Of a stretch of DNA of 64,000 bases, positions 36,901 to 44,692 are shown one piece after another. The stretch covers positions 46,811 to 110,810 of the forward strand of contig MFGA01000023.1 in the NCBI GenBank assembly GCA_001778095.1. The letters are read 5' to 3'. Under the pieces are notes generated by a model that did no database searches, was not told the DNA's origin, and saw only the letters and a list, made by a program, of their open reading frames with translations. The stretch is from Candidatus Falkowbacteria bacterium RIFOXYA2_FULL_38_12 (GTDB lineage Bacteria; Patescibacteriota; Patescibacteriia; XYB2-FULL-38-15). The translations under genes were made by a program, and so were the position numbers. Position 1 is the stretch's first letter. Every line of letters begins with the position of its first letter.

Positions 36901-36974
36901 TTGATATTTACACAATTACAGTAACCCGTAAGTATCGAACCCACAATGCTTCTTTTCCCTACCTGCCGATGCCA

Positions 36975-37045
36975 CGGGGGCGGAAGGAATCGAACCCTCG
37001 TCCCTGGTTTTGGAGACCAGTGTTCTACCACTGAACTACACCCCC
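36975..37045 (-). tRNA. tRNA-Trp(CCA)
   Basis: Reverse-complement fold GGGGGTG-TA-GTTC-AGTGGT-AGAAC-A-CTGGT-CTCCAAA-ACCAG-GGAC-GAGGG-TTCGATT-CCTTC-CGCCCCC-G, anticodon CCA. ORF 36858-37076 is rejected. Confidence 0.85.
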
Positions 37046-37136
37046 ATGGCTTTGGCGGGAGGAAAAAACATGACACTAACCTCGCTAAGCTCCCATGCTA
37101 TAAACTCTAAATTCGAAATTCAAATATCTCCCCTTT

Positions 37137-37215
37137 GTCATTTCGAGCTTGTCGAGAAATCTCATACAGTGAATTGTGGTAAGGGGTGAGATCCCTCGAC
37201 AAGCTCGGGATGACG
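37137..37215. repeat. palindromic element, GTCATYYCGAGC family variant (79-nt hairpin)
   Basis: GTCATTTCGAGCTTGTCGAGAAATCTC - 24-nt loop - GAGATCCCTCGACAAGCTCGGGATGAC, a ~27-bp stem. Confidence 0.6.
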
Positions 37216-37365
37216 AGTTAGATCAGCCTGTTTTGGATTTTGGTCATTTGATATTTGGATTTGTTTAGGATTTGGTGCTTAGGATTTAGGATTTTGATTA
37301 TTTCTAAAATTACTTCTGCTATCACGGTAAGGTGATGTAAAAAAAGAGAATACGCTCGCGCTATC

Positions 37366-38931
37366 TTACTGTATAGAATTAAAAACCGGCGCGAGGAAAT
37401 TGTCAATCGGAACGTAATTATCGGTTAGGACAATCGCCTTTTTTTCTTCCAAAAATTTTGTAACTTCTTCATTCTCGGCAAAATATCCGATTTCCTCCGG
37501 CGAATCTCTTTCGTCTCCGCTCCCAGCTTCCGCCGTTGTCCATAAAACCTCGCCCCATTTATTTATATCCAATTCCGTCTCTCCGGCTAAAATGACAAAA
37601 GTATTTCTTTTATCTATTTCCCAGTTACTCGCAAGGGGCGCGAGATAAACATAAGGGAAAATTTCTCGCATTGTTTTCAAAAATGATCCAACAAATTTTC
37701 CGTATTTGTAATTATCAATCACATTCACTGCGTAATATCCATCCGGGGCGAGATGCTCTTTTATTATTTTTCCGAATTCCAGTGTTGTCAGGTGATAAGG
37801 CACGGCAAAATCATTAAACGCATCGCCAAAGATAAGATCGTATTTTTTTTCCGCCGACGCTTTGGCTAAAAACATTCGCGCGTCCGCGTTGGTTGTTTTT
37901 ATTTTTGTCTCCGGATTTAAACTTAAATGTTCATAGTTGAACTTTGTCACTCCGGGATCGATTTCGGCCACTTCCAAAGAGCTCTCGGGGTATATCTTTT
38001 CAAAATATCTCGGCAAAGTATATCCCCCGCCACCCAGAAAAAACGCTTCAAAATTACTTTCTCCGGTTTGTTTTATTCTATAATCCGTAAGAATTTTATA
38101 GAACCTTTCATAGTCGTAAGTTAAAACATCTTCATTGCCGGGGTAGACAAAACTGTGAACTAAGTGGTCGAGTCTTAAAACATATCCATTAACTCCACCG
38201 TCCAGAGTTTGCGCTCGGGCGTTAATGCAATAATAATTTGTTTCTTCTTGGCAATTTTTTGGAATAAAAAAGCTAAAAACCAAAAGGCATCCAAAAATAA
38301 TATTTGTTTTTTCTTTTAAAAAATCTTTGGCGCTTTTTCCAAAGATAAGAATAAAAAAACTTATCAAAACAAGGGCAACCGAAACTCCGATCACTATTAT
38401 TTTTGTTCCGAAAAAAGAGATTAAAAAATATCCCGTGGCAAATGTCCCCAAGATACTTCCCAGGGCGCTGAAGGCGTAAATGCGTCCAACGGTTTGACCG
38501 GCCTTTTCGAGGTTATCAAGATCAAACTTAACAACCATCGGAGAAATGCAACCTAAAAATAAACTGGCGGGAAAAAAAACAAAGAAAGAAAAAATAAAAG
38601 TCGCGAGAGGTATGGGGATCATCTCCGTCTTACCCAAAAGATTTCCAATAAACGGCACTGAATAAAGAACCCCGATACTGGAAATTCCGGCGAGAAAAAA
38701 AACACTGCTTAAAACTTTTTTGGACAGATTGCGATCGGCTACTCGTCCGCCCAAATAATTGCCGATACTTACTCCCCCTAGAATTATTCCTATTACGCTT
38801 GTCCAAGTATAAAGAGAGACCCCAAGATATGGAGCCATAATTCGTCCGGCAACGAGCTCTAAAACCATCAAGCAAAAACTGCTTGCGAAGATGATCAAAT
38901 TAGGAAATTTGAGACTTTCCTTATTCTCCAT
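37366..38931 (-). CDS. fused polytopic membrane / spermidine-synthase-like protein (paralog of 15519-17900 without M28 domain)
   Basis: ~8 TM helices followed by FFLGGGGYTLP and DLIFGDAFND motifs. The N-terminal LELVAGRIMAPYLG aligns to IIELAATRILSPYFG of the paralog. Confidence 0.65.
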   Translation of the reverse strand: MENKESLKFPNLIIFASSFCLMVLELVAGRIMAPYLGVSLYTWTSVIGIILGGVSIGNYLGGRVADRNLSKKVLSSVFFLAGISSIGVLYSVPFIGNLLGKTEMIPIPLATFIFSFFVFFPASLFLGCISPMVVKFDLDNLEKAGQTVGRIYAFSALGSILGTFATGYFLISFFGTKIIVIGVSVALVLISFFILIFGKSAKDFLKEKTNIIFGCLLVFSFFIPKNCQEETNYYCINARAQTLDGGVNGYVLRLDHLVHSFVYPGNEDVLTYDYERFYKILTDYRIKQTGESNFEAFFLGGGGYTLPRYFEKIYPESSLEVAEIDPGVTKFNYEHLSLNPETKIKTTNADARMFLAKASAEKKYDLIFGDAFNDFAVPYHLTTLEFGKIIKEHLAPDGYYAVNVIDNYKYGKFVGSFLKTMREIFPYVYLAPLASNWEIDKRNTFVILAGETELDINKWGEVLWTTAEAGSGDERDSPEEIGYFAENEEVTKFLEEKKAIVLTDNYVPIDNFLAPVFNSIQ

Positions 38932-39132
38932 TTGACTATGGGTTATTTCGTTTCTTTATGGGTTGTGTGTTTTTTGCACCACTTGCAATATTTTTCCAAC
39001 TCAAGTCTGTTTTTTATCGTCTTTTTATTTTTGTGGGAAAAATAATTGATGCGATGACAGACCGAACACTCCATTTTGATTAAATTGTCTTGAGACATAA
39101 TATTAATTTATTTTTATTTAAAAATTATTTTA

Positions 39133-39207
39133 TGGAGCCACCTCTCGGATTTGAACCGAGGACCTACTGTTTACAAAACAGTTGCTCTGCCGCTGAGCTA
39201 AGGTGGC
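39133..39207 (-). tRNA. tRNA-Thr(UGU)
   Basis: Reverse-complement GCCACCT-TA-GCTC-AGCGGC-AGAGC-A-ACTGT-TTTGTAA-ACAGT-AGGTC-CTCGG-TTCAAAT-CCGAG-AGGTGGC-T-CCA; CCA is encoded. Confidence 0.85.
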
Positions 39208-39217
39208 ATTATCTCTA

Positions 39218-39302
39218 TGGTGGGCAGGCAAGGATTTGCACCTTGGAAGGCGTGAGCCAGCAGATTTACAGTCTGCCCCGTTTGACTACTTCGGTACCTG
39301 CC
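39218..39302 (-). tRNA. tRNA-Tyr(GUA), type II with long variable arm
   Basis: Reverse-complement GGGCAGG-TA-CCG-AAGTAGTCAAA-CGG-G-GCAGA-CTGTAAA-TCTGC-TGGCTCACGCCTTC-CAAGG-TGCAAAT-CCTTG-CCTGCCC-A-CCA. Confidence 0.8.
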
Positions 39303-39399
39303 CTTTTTTTCAAAGCCGATGCGCCCCCGCAAATGCGGGGTTACCATGCCCCGCAAATGCGGGGTACCAACTGAGCTACATCCATGGCTTTTTCTACAA
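39303..39399 (-). pseudogene. tRNA-Thr-like remnant with D/anticodon and variable/T arms replaced by CCCCGCAAATGCGGGG hairpins
   Basis: The reverse complement reads GGATGTAGCTCAGTTGGTA-[CCCCGCATTTGCGGGG]-CATGGTAA-[CCCCGCATTTGCGGGG]-GCGCATCGGCTTT, and so preserves the acceptor, D-loop, anticodon loop CATGGTAA and 3' end of tRNA-Thr(GGU). Confidence 0.55.
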
Positions 39400-39472
39400 A
39401 GCCGATGCGCGGATTCGAACCGCGGACCTACTCCTTACCATGGAGTTGCTCTACCAACTGAGCTACATCGGC
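39400..39472 (-). tRNA. tRNA-Thr(GGU)
   Basis: Reverse-complement GCCGATG-TA-GCTC-AGTTGGT-AGAGC-A-ACTCC-ATGGTAA-GGAGT-AGGTC-CGCGG-TTCGAAT-CCGCG-CATCGGC-T; CCA is not encoded. Confidence 0.8.
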
Positions 39473-39724
39473 ATTTTTTAACATCTGACTCATTTCTAAT
39501 TCTAACTGTTTTCCACCTTTTAAACTTTTCAAATATCTTTCATATCTTGCCGCTTCCAACTTAGTATCAAATGCTTTAAAACAAGCTAATTCCAACGGCC
39601 GTCTATTCTTTGTGGACGGGTTTGCTCCGTTATTATGAAACTTAAGCCGCACTTCAAGATTATTAGTATGCCCTATGTATCTTCGTCCATCTTTCAGTGA
39701 TTTTAAAATATACGTATAAAACAT
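39428..39724 (-). CDS. GIY-YIG nuclease family protein (UPF0213/YazA-YhbQ-like, ~99 aa)
   Basis: MFYTYILKSLKDGRRYIGHTNNLEVRLKFHN...NRRPLELACFKAFDTKLEAARYERYLKS matches GIY-x10-YIG, the conserved Arg, Glu and the C-terminal helix. The start is set at the internal Met; the upstream 32 codons translate tRNA-fragment/hairpin DNA. The 3' end reads 45 nt into tRNA-Thr(GGU). Confidence 0.7.
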   Translation of the reverse strand: MFYTYILKSLKDGRRYIGHTNNLEVRLKFHNNGANPSTKNRRPLELACFKAFDTKLEAARYERYLKSLKGGKQLELEMSQMLKNADVAQLVEQLHGKE

Positions 39725-39796
39725 AGACTCCTTACCATGCCCCGCAAATGCGGGGTACCAACTGACCTGCCCCGCTTCTGCGGGGGCTACATCGGC
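39725..39796 (-). repeat. second tRNA-Thr 5'-half remnant with inserted GC hairpins
   Basis: Reverse-complement GCCGATGTAG-[CCCCCGCAGAAGCGGGGC]-AGGTCAGTTGGTA-[CCCCGCATTTGCGGGG]-CATGGTAAGGAGTCT-ATG. The tRNA anticodon-arm sequence supplies an AAGGAG Shine-Dalgarno 3 nt before the GIY-YIG start. Confidence 0.55.
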
Positions 39797-39881
39797 ATTT
39801 AATCTATTCGGGTAAAACAAAAAAACAACTCATGGTAAAGTTTTTGGATTACGAGACTAGCCGAGCAAAAACTTGGTCGGT

Positions 39882-40667
39882 CTAGCCAATATCCCTTATT
39901 CTTTCTTCAAATTCTTCTATTTTTTTATTCTCCGGATTAGCTTCTCTCAATTTTTGAAGAGCATTTTTGGCCAATTCTTTATTCCCTATTATTATACTTA
40001 TATCAGTTAAAAAATCAAGGCTTTTTGGTTTTGTCGGCTCCAGTTCTACGGCCTTGGAAAAAAACTTCAACGCCTTCATATTCTCTCCCTTTTGCTTTAA
40101 AAGCATTCCCAAATCAATTAAAACCTCTATATCGCGCGGATTGAGCTTTAAAATATACTGTAAAGTCTCTATCGCATAATCGTAGTTTTTTTGCTCGGAA
40201 TACAGGTTTCCCAATTTTTTATAAGCTTCTACGTTTTTATGATCCAGGCTTATTATCTCTATAAATATCTTCTCCGCCCCTTCTGTCTTTTCTTCTTTGA
40301 TCAATTCGTCCGCGGCAAAAAAAAGTTTCTTTATTTCAATTTCTTTTTCTTCCAGAGTCAATTTCGGCGATATTTTTTTCTTAGCATGTCTTTTTTCCCA
40401 ATCTGATATTTTATTATATTTTTCTTTAAAAATTCTTTTTATTTTTAAAATTATCGGAATAATCAAAGAAAAAATTCCCTTCTTAAAACTTTCCACTTTT
40501 CGCTCAAGTCTGGAAGCGATAATTTTTTCTTTTTGTTTTGCTTCCCTCTCGCTTTTTATTGATTCTATATCAATGGAGGCTAAAACCGGAAATTTTCTAA
40601 CTATAATAACAATTATCCCCACCAGGCAAACAATCGTAATTACAAGCGGAATAATATCGTAAGACAT
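39882..40667 (-). CDS. membrane-anchored tetratricopeptide-repeat protein
   Basis: N-terminal TM IIPLVITIVCLVGIIVIIV, then ≥3 TPR-like repeats (AYKKLGNLYSEQKNYDYAIETLQYILKLNP...). Confidence 0.6.
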   Translation of the reverse strand: MSYDIIPLVITIVCLVGIIVIIVRKFPVLASIDIESIKSEREAKQKEKIIASRLERKVESFKKGIFSLIIPIILKIKRIFKEKYNKISDWEKRHAKKKISPKLTLEEKEIEIKKLFFAADELIKEEKTEGAEKIFIEIISLDHKNVEAYKKLGNLYSEQKNYDYAIETLQYILKLNPRDIEVLIDLGMLLKQKGENMKALKFFSKAVELEPTKPKSLDFLTDISIIIGNKELAKNALQKLREANPENKKIEEFEERIRDIG

Positions 40668-40684
40668 AAATATTTTTTAGATAA

Positions 40685-41473
40685 CTATTTTTTTCTCTTC
40701 GGACACGAAAAACTCTTTACCATTTTCACTAATTTATCCGCTTCGAGCGAAGCGCTCCCGACAAGGACGCCGTCAATCCCATCTTGGCAGATAAAACTAT
40801 CAATATTGTCAGGATTAACGCTTCCTCCGTAAATTACTCTCAAGTCTTTAGCCACTATTTTTTCGGAATAAGATTTGAATAAAACTTTTCTAATCAAGTG
40901 GTGTGAATAAGCCGCGTCTTCCGGCTCTACCGCTTGGCCGATTCCAATAACCCAAACCGGTTCATAGGCGATAATTATTTTCCTAAACTCATTTTTTTTA
41001 ACGCCCTCAAGAGCTCTGCCGACTTGCCTGCCTATGACAGAATCTCTTTGTCCTCTCTTCCTTTCTTCAAATGTTTCTCCGACGCAGACAACCGGCGTTA
41101 AACCAAACTTTAAAGCGGTTCTGACTTTTTGATTTATCATTTGATCGCTTTCCCACAAATTTTCTCTCCGTTCCGAATGACCGATGATGGCGTACTGGCA
41201 ATTGACTTCTTTCAACATTTTCGGCGATATTTCTCCGGTAAAGGCGCCCTTTTCTTCCCAAAAAATATTTTGCGCGCCCAACTTTATTTTACTTTTCTTT
41301 TGATTAAAATAATTATTTATTGCCCATAAGCTTAAAAAAGATGGACAGACGACAACGTCATTTTTTTCAGTGTCTTTATTTTTCTTTAACAAACTGTCTA
41401 TTTTTTTAACCAAATCTAGCGACTCCTCAACGTTTAGATTCATCTTCCAATTGGCAATGAAGATTTGTTTCAT
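40685..41473 (-). CDS. tpiA: triose-phosphate isomerase
   Basis: IIGHSERR, AYEPVWVIGIGQA (catalytic Glu) and GGSV motifs. Confidence 0.9.
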   Translation of the reverse strand: MKQIFIANWKMNLNVEESLDLVKKIDSLLKKNKDTEKNDVVVCPSFLSLWAINNYFNQKKSKIKLGAQNIFWEEKGAFTGEISPKMLKEVNCQYAIIGHSERRENLWESDQMINQKVRTALKFGLTPVVCVGETFEERKRGQRDSVIGRQVGRALEGVKKNEFRKIIIAYEPVWVIGIGQAVEPEDAAYSHHLIRKVLFKSYSEKIVAKDLRVIYGGSVNPDNIDSFICQDGIDGVLVGSASLEADKLVKMVKSFSCPKRKK

Positions 41474-42753
41474 AAAAAAGAATTTAAATTTATTTTTTTT
41501 ATAAATTCTTCTTCGTTAACCGGACCGATAATAGCCAAGTTTAGTTTCTCACCCAAAAAAATATCATTGGCGACTTTTTTTATATCATCTCCACTAACGG
41601 AAAAAATCTTTTTCAATTTTTCTTCCGGCGTCAAAACCTCTTTCATTAAAAGTTCCTGTTTCGCGTACCAGTCGGCAACACTGCTTGAATCTTCAAGACT
41701 TAAAATAAGCCTTCCCTTAATACAATCTTTCGCTCTCTTTAATTCCTCTTCTTTTACACCGAATTTCTTCACCTTTTGCAGTTCCTCCAAGATCGCTTTT
41801 ATGGCCGGCATTATTCTCGTTTTATCAAGTCCCGCTTGGATAACAACATTACCCGCATCCTCATATACATTGGAGTACGACCTGATAAAATAGCAAAGAC
41901 CTCTTTTTTCTCGTATTGAAATAAAAAGCCTGGAGCTCATGTTACCACCCAGAATAACGCTCAAAAGATTGAGGGCATAAACTTGGGGATCGAAATATGA
42001 ATAAGCGGGAAACCCCAACGCTAATTGAATTTGCTCTGTTTCTTTATTTTTAATTTTTATTTTGGGATGATTATTTTTCTCCGGATAAACAAATTTTTCA
42101 AAAACCGGTTTTGCCTTTTTCCCATTTTCGCCAAAATATTTTTCCGTTAGCTCATTGATTTTTTTATTTTTCAAATTGCCGGTCAAGACAAGAACCGTGT
42201 TATTCGGAGTATAATATTTTTCTCTGTAGTCAATCATTTTCTTTCGGGAAAAACCATTGATTCCCTTAACCGTTCCGGCAATACTTCTCCCCAAGGGATG
42301 ATCGCTACCAAATAAATTTTCTTCAAACAAATCATCAATAAACATCATCGGATTATCCTCGTACATTCTTATCTCTTCGGAAATCACGCCTTTTTCTTTT
42401 TCCAGTTCCCCTTCTTCAAATTTTGAATTTAAAAGCATGTCGGACAAAACATCCAAAGCCAATTCCAGTTTTTCCGCGTCAACTTTTACATAGTAGCCGG
42501 TATAGTCTCTCGAAGTAAAAGCATTGTATTCGGCGCCAACTCTGTCCAAATCTTTTGAAAGAGCAAGAGTATTCGGCCGTTTTTTCGTCCCCTTAAACAT
42601 CATGTGTTCAATAAAATGGGAAATGCCATTTTCTGATTTTGTCTCGTATCGCGAGCCAACCTTAAACAAAACCAAGGCGGTTATTGCCTCTGTCCCTTCA
42701 ATATTAGCTGTAATCAGACGTAATCCGTTTTTAAGTGTGGTTTTTTGAAACAT
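41470..42753 (-). CDS. M16 family zinc peptidase (insulinase/pitrilysin-like)
   Basis: Inverted zinc motif HFIEHMMFKGT (HxxEH) and Glu downstream; M16 N- and C-domains. Confidence 0.8.
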   Translation of the reverse strand: MFQKTTLKNGLRLITANIEGTEAITALVLFKVGSRYETKSENGISHFIEHMMFKGTKKRPNTLALSKDLDRVGAEYNAFTSRDYTGYYVKVDAEKLELALDVLSDMLLNSKFEEGELEKEKGVISEEIRMYEDNPMMFIDDLFEENLFGSDHPLGRSIAGTVKGINGFSRKKMIDYREKYYTPNNTVLVLTGNLKNKKINELTEKYFGENGKKAKPVFEKFVYPEKNNHPKIKIKNKETEQIQLALGFPAYSYFDPQVYALNLLSVILGGNMSSRLFISIREKRGLCYFIRSYSNVYEDAGNVVIQAGLDKTRIMPAIKAILEELQKVKKFGVKEEELKRAKDCIKGRLILSLEDSSSVADWYAKQELLMKEVLTPEEKLKKIFSVSGDDIKKVANDIFLGEKLNLAIIGPVNEEEFIKKINLNSFL

Positions 42754-44085
42754 TTAAAATTTATTTTTTAAATAATTAACCAATTCTTTTATTTCAATTC
42801 TTTCTTGCTCCATTGTATCCCTGTCGCGCACAGTCACTTTTTTATCTTCTAGCGAATCAAAATCTACCGTGACACAATATGGCGTGCCGATTTCATCCTG
42901 CCGGCGATAACGTTTGCCAATACTTTGTGTCTCATCGTATTCCGCGAAAAAATTCCTAGACACTTCTTTATAAATTTCTTTGGCAACATTTGATAGTTCT
43001 TCTTTTTTTGACAATGGTAAAATGGCCACCTTTATCGGCGCAATATGTTTTGGGATCTTTAGAACAACTCTTGTTTCCGTCTCTCCCTCTTTTGTAGTCG
43101 GCGCCTCTTCTTCGCAATACGCCTCAACAAGGACGGCAAGAACGGATCTGTCAACGCCGAATGTCGGCTCAATAACGTGAGGAATGTATTTTTCTCCACT
43201 CTCCGGATCAGTATAGACTAGGTCTACTCCGCTTGAATTAGAATGATTTTTTAAATCAAAATCCGTGCGATAAGCCAGACCATAAAGTTCACTTTTTCCA
43301 AACGGAAAATCATATTCAATATCAACCGTTCTTTTTGAATAATGCGCTCTTTCCCCATCCGGAACTTCCAGATTATGAATATGTTCTTTGGATAAACCCA
43401 AATAATTCATCCATTCGTACATTTCGGCAAGCCAATATTCAAAACTTTTTTGCCAATCATTTTCTTTTATAAAATACTCTATTTCCATTTGTTCAAACTC
43501 GCGTGTTCTAAAAATAAAATTGCCCGGGGTTATTTCGTTTCTAAAAGCCTTGCCGATTTGAGCAATGCCAAACGGGATTCTCTTGCGACTGGTTTCCAAA
43601 ACTTGGCGAAAATCAACAAACATCGCTTGGGCTGTCTCCGGACGAAAATAAGCGACGTTGGCGGATTCTTCCGCAGGACCAATGAAGGTTTTAAACATTA
43701 AATTAAACTGTTTTGCAGTAGTAAGCTCTCCTTCGCAATCGGGACAAGTCTTCCCCTCAATGTGATCCGCCCTGAAACGATTATGGCATTTTTTACATTC
43801 AACTAGCGGATCTGTAAAATTTTTCAAGTGGCCGCTGGCTTCCCAAACTTTTGGATTCATAACTAAGGCGGCATCAAGACCAACCATATCTCCTCTTTCT
43901 TGAACAAATCTCTTCCACCAAGCCTGTTTGATATTATTTTTTAATTCCACTCCCAGTGGACCATAATCCCAAGAGTTAGCCATCCCTCCATAAATTTCCG
44001 ATCCGGGAAAAATAAAACCACGCCTCTTGCAGAGAGAGACAATTTTATCCATTAATTCACTTCCCCCTTGTTTTTTCTCATCCAT
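42754..44085 (-). CDS. glyQS: glycine--tRNA ligase (class II, alpha2 type)
   Basis: FIFPGSEIYGG, class II motifs 2 and 3, a Zn-binding C..C..HIEG..C insertion, and a C-terminal anticodon-binding domain. Confidence 0.85.
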   Translation of the reverse strand: MDEKKQGGSELMDKIVSLCKRRGFIFPGSEIYGGMANSWDYGPLGVELKNNIKQAWWKRFVQERGDMVGLDAALVMNPKVWEASGHLKNFTDPLVECKKCHNRFRADHIEGKTCPDCEGELTTAKQFNLMFKTFIGPAEESANVAYFRPETAQAMFVDFRQVLETSRKRIPFGIAQIGKAFRNEITPGNFIFRTREFEQMEIEYFIKENDWQKSFEYWLAEMYEWMNYLGLSKEHIHNLEVPDGERAHYSKRTVDIEYDFPFGKSELYGLAYRTDFDLKNHSNSSGVDLVYTDPESGEKYIPHVIEPTFGVDRSVLAVLVEAYCEEEAPTTKEGETETRVVLKIPKHIAPIKVAILPLSKKEELSNVAKEIYKEVSRNFFAEYDETQSIGKRYRRQDEIGTPYCVTVDFDSLEDKKVTVRDRDTMEQERIEIKELVNYLKNKF

Positions 44086-44122
44086 ATCTTAACTTGCTTA
44101 ATTTACTTAATTCTTATTTTAC

Positions 44123-44686
44123 TCAAATAGTCATTAATTCATTTTCTTTTTTATCGCCAATCGCTTTTATCTCGTCATTTTGCGTTTTCACAAATTTATC
44201 CAATTCTTCTTGCGCCCTGAATTTTTCGTCTTCACTAATTTCCTTATTTTTTTCCGCTTCGTTAATTTCATCTTTTATTCCATCGCGAACATTTCTGGCA
44301 CTTATTCTGGATTGTTCCAATTTTTGCCCTAGAATCTTGATTAAATCCCTACGATTTTCTTCGGTAAGGGTCGGCATTGATAAACGAATTTTTGTTCCCT
44401 CATTAACCGGATTAATGCCGATATTTGCCGCCAAAATCCCTTTTTCTATATCTTTAACCAATCCCTTGTCCCATGGCTCAATGACTAAGGTTTTTGGATC
44501 GGCGATAATAATATTAGCCAATCCTCTTATCGGTGTTCTTGTCCCGTAGGCTTCAACCACTACATTATCAACAATAGATGAATGGGCTCGTCCGGTTCTT
44601 AAAGAGGAAATTTCCGACTTAAAATGCTCAATAACTTTTAAAAACTCTTCTTTGTTTTTTTCAACGAAATTGTTCATAGTCTTCAA
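44123..44686 (-). CDS. frr: ribosome recycling factor
   Basis: 187 aa; LRTGRA, IEPWDK and LTEENRRDL conserved blocks. Confidence 0.9.
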   Translation of the reverse strand: MKTMNNFVEKNKEEFLKVIEHFKSEISSLRTGRAHSSIVDNVVVEAYGTRTPIRGLANIIIADPKTLVIEPWDKGLVKDIEKGILAANIGINPVNEGTKIRLSMPTLTEENRRDLIKILGQKLEQSRISARNVRDGIKDEINEAEKNKEISEDEKFRAQEELDKFVKTQNDEIKAIGDKKENELMTI

Positions 44687-44692
44687 ATTATT

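Noticed and set aside
36931-36974. Second tRNA next to tRNA-Trp, suggested by GTATCGAACCCAC resembling a T-arm
   Set aside because: No acceptor, D or anticodon stems can be formed around it.
36858-37076. 72-aa minus-strand ORF
   Set aside because: It is entirely a translation of the tRNA-Trp gene and its flanks.
39090-39564. Three overlapping plus-strand ORFs (94, 92 and 81 aa)
   Set aside because: They run antisense across the tRNA-Thr/Tyr/Thr cluster and the CCCCGCAAATGCGGGG hairpins. They are artefacts of tRNA and repeat sequence.
39303-39800. Possible CRISPR array, because of the repeated CCCCGCAAATGCGGGG hairpins
   Set aside because: There are only four copies, 16 nt long, irregularly spaced, and separated by tRNA-derived sequence rather than unique spacers. 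No cas genes are present in the window.
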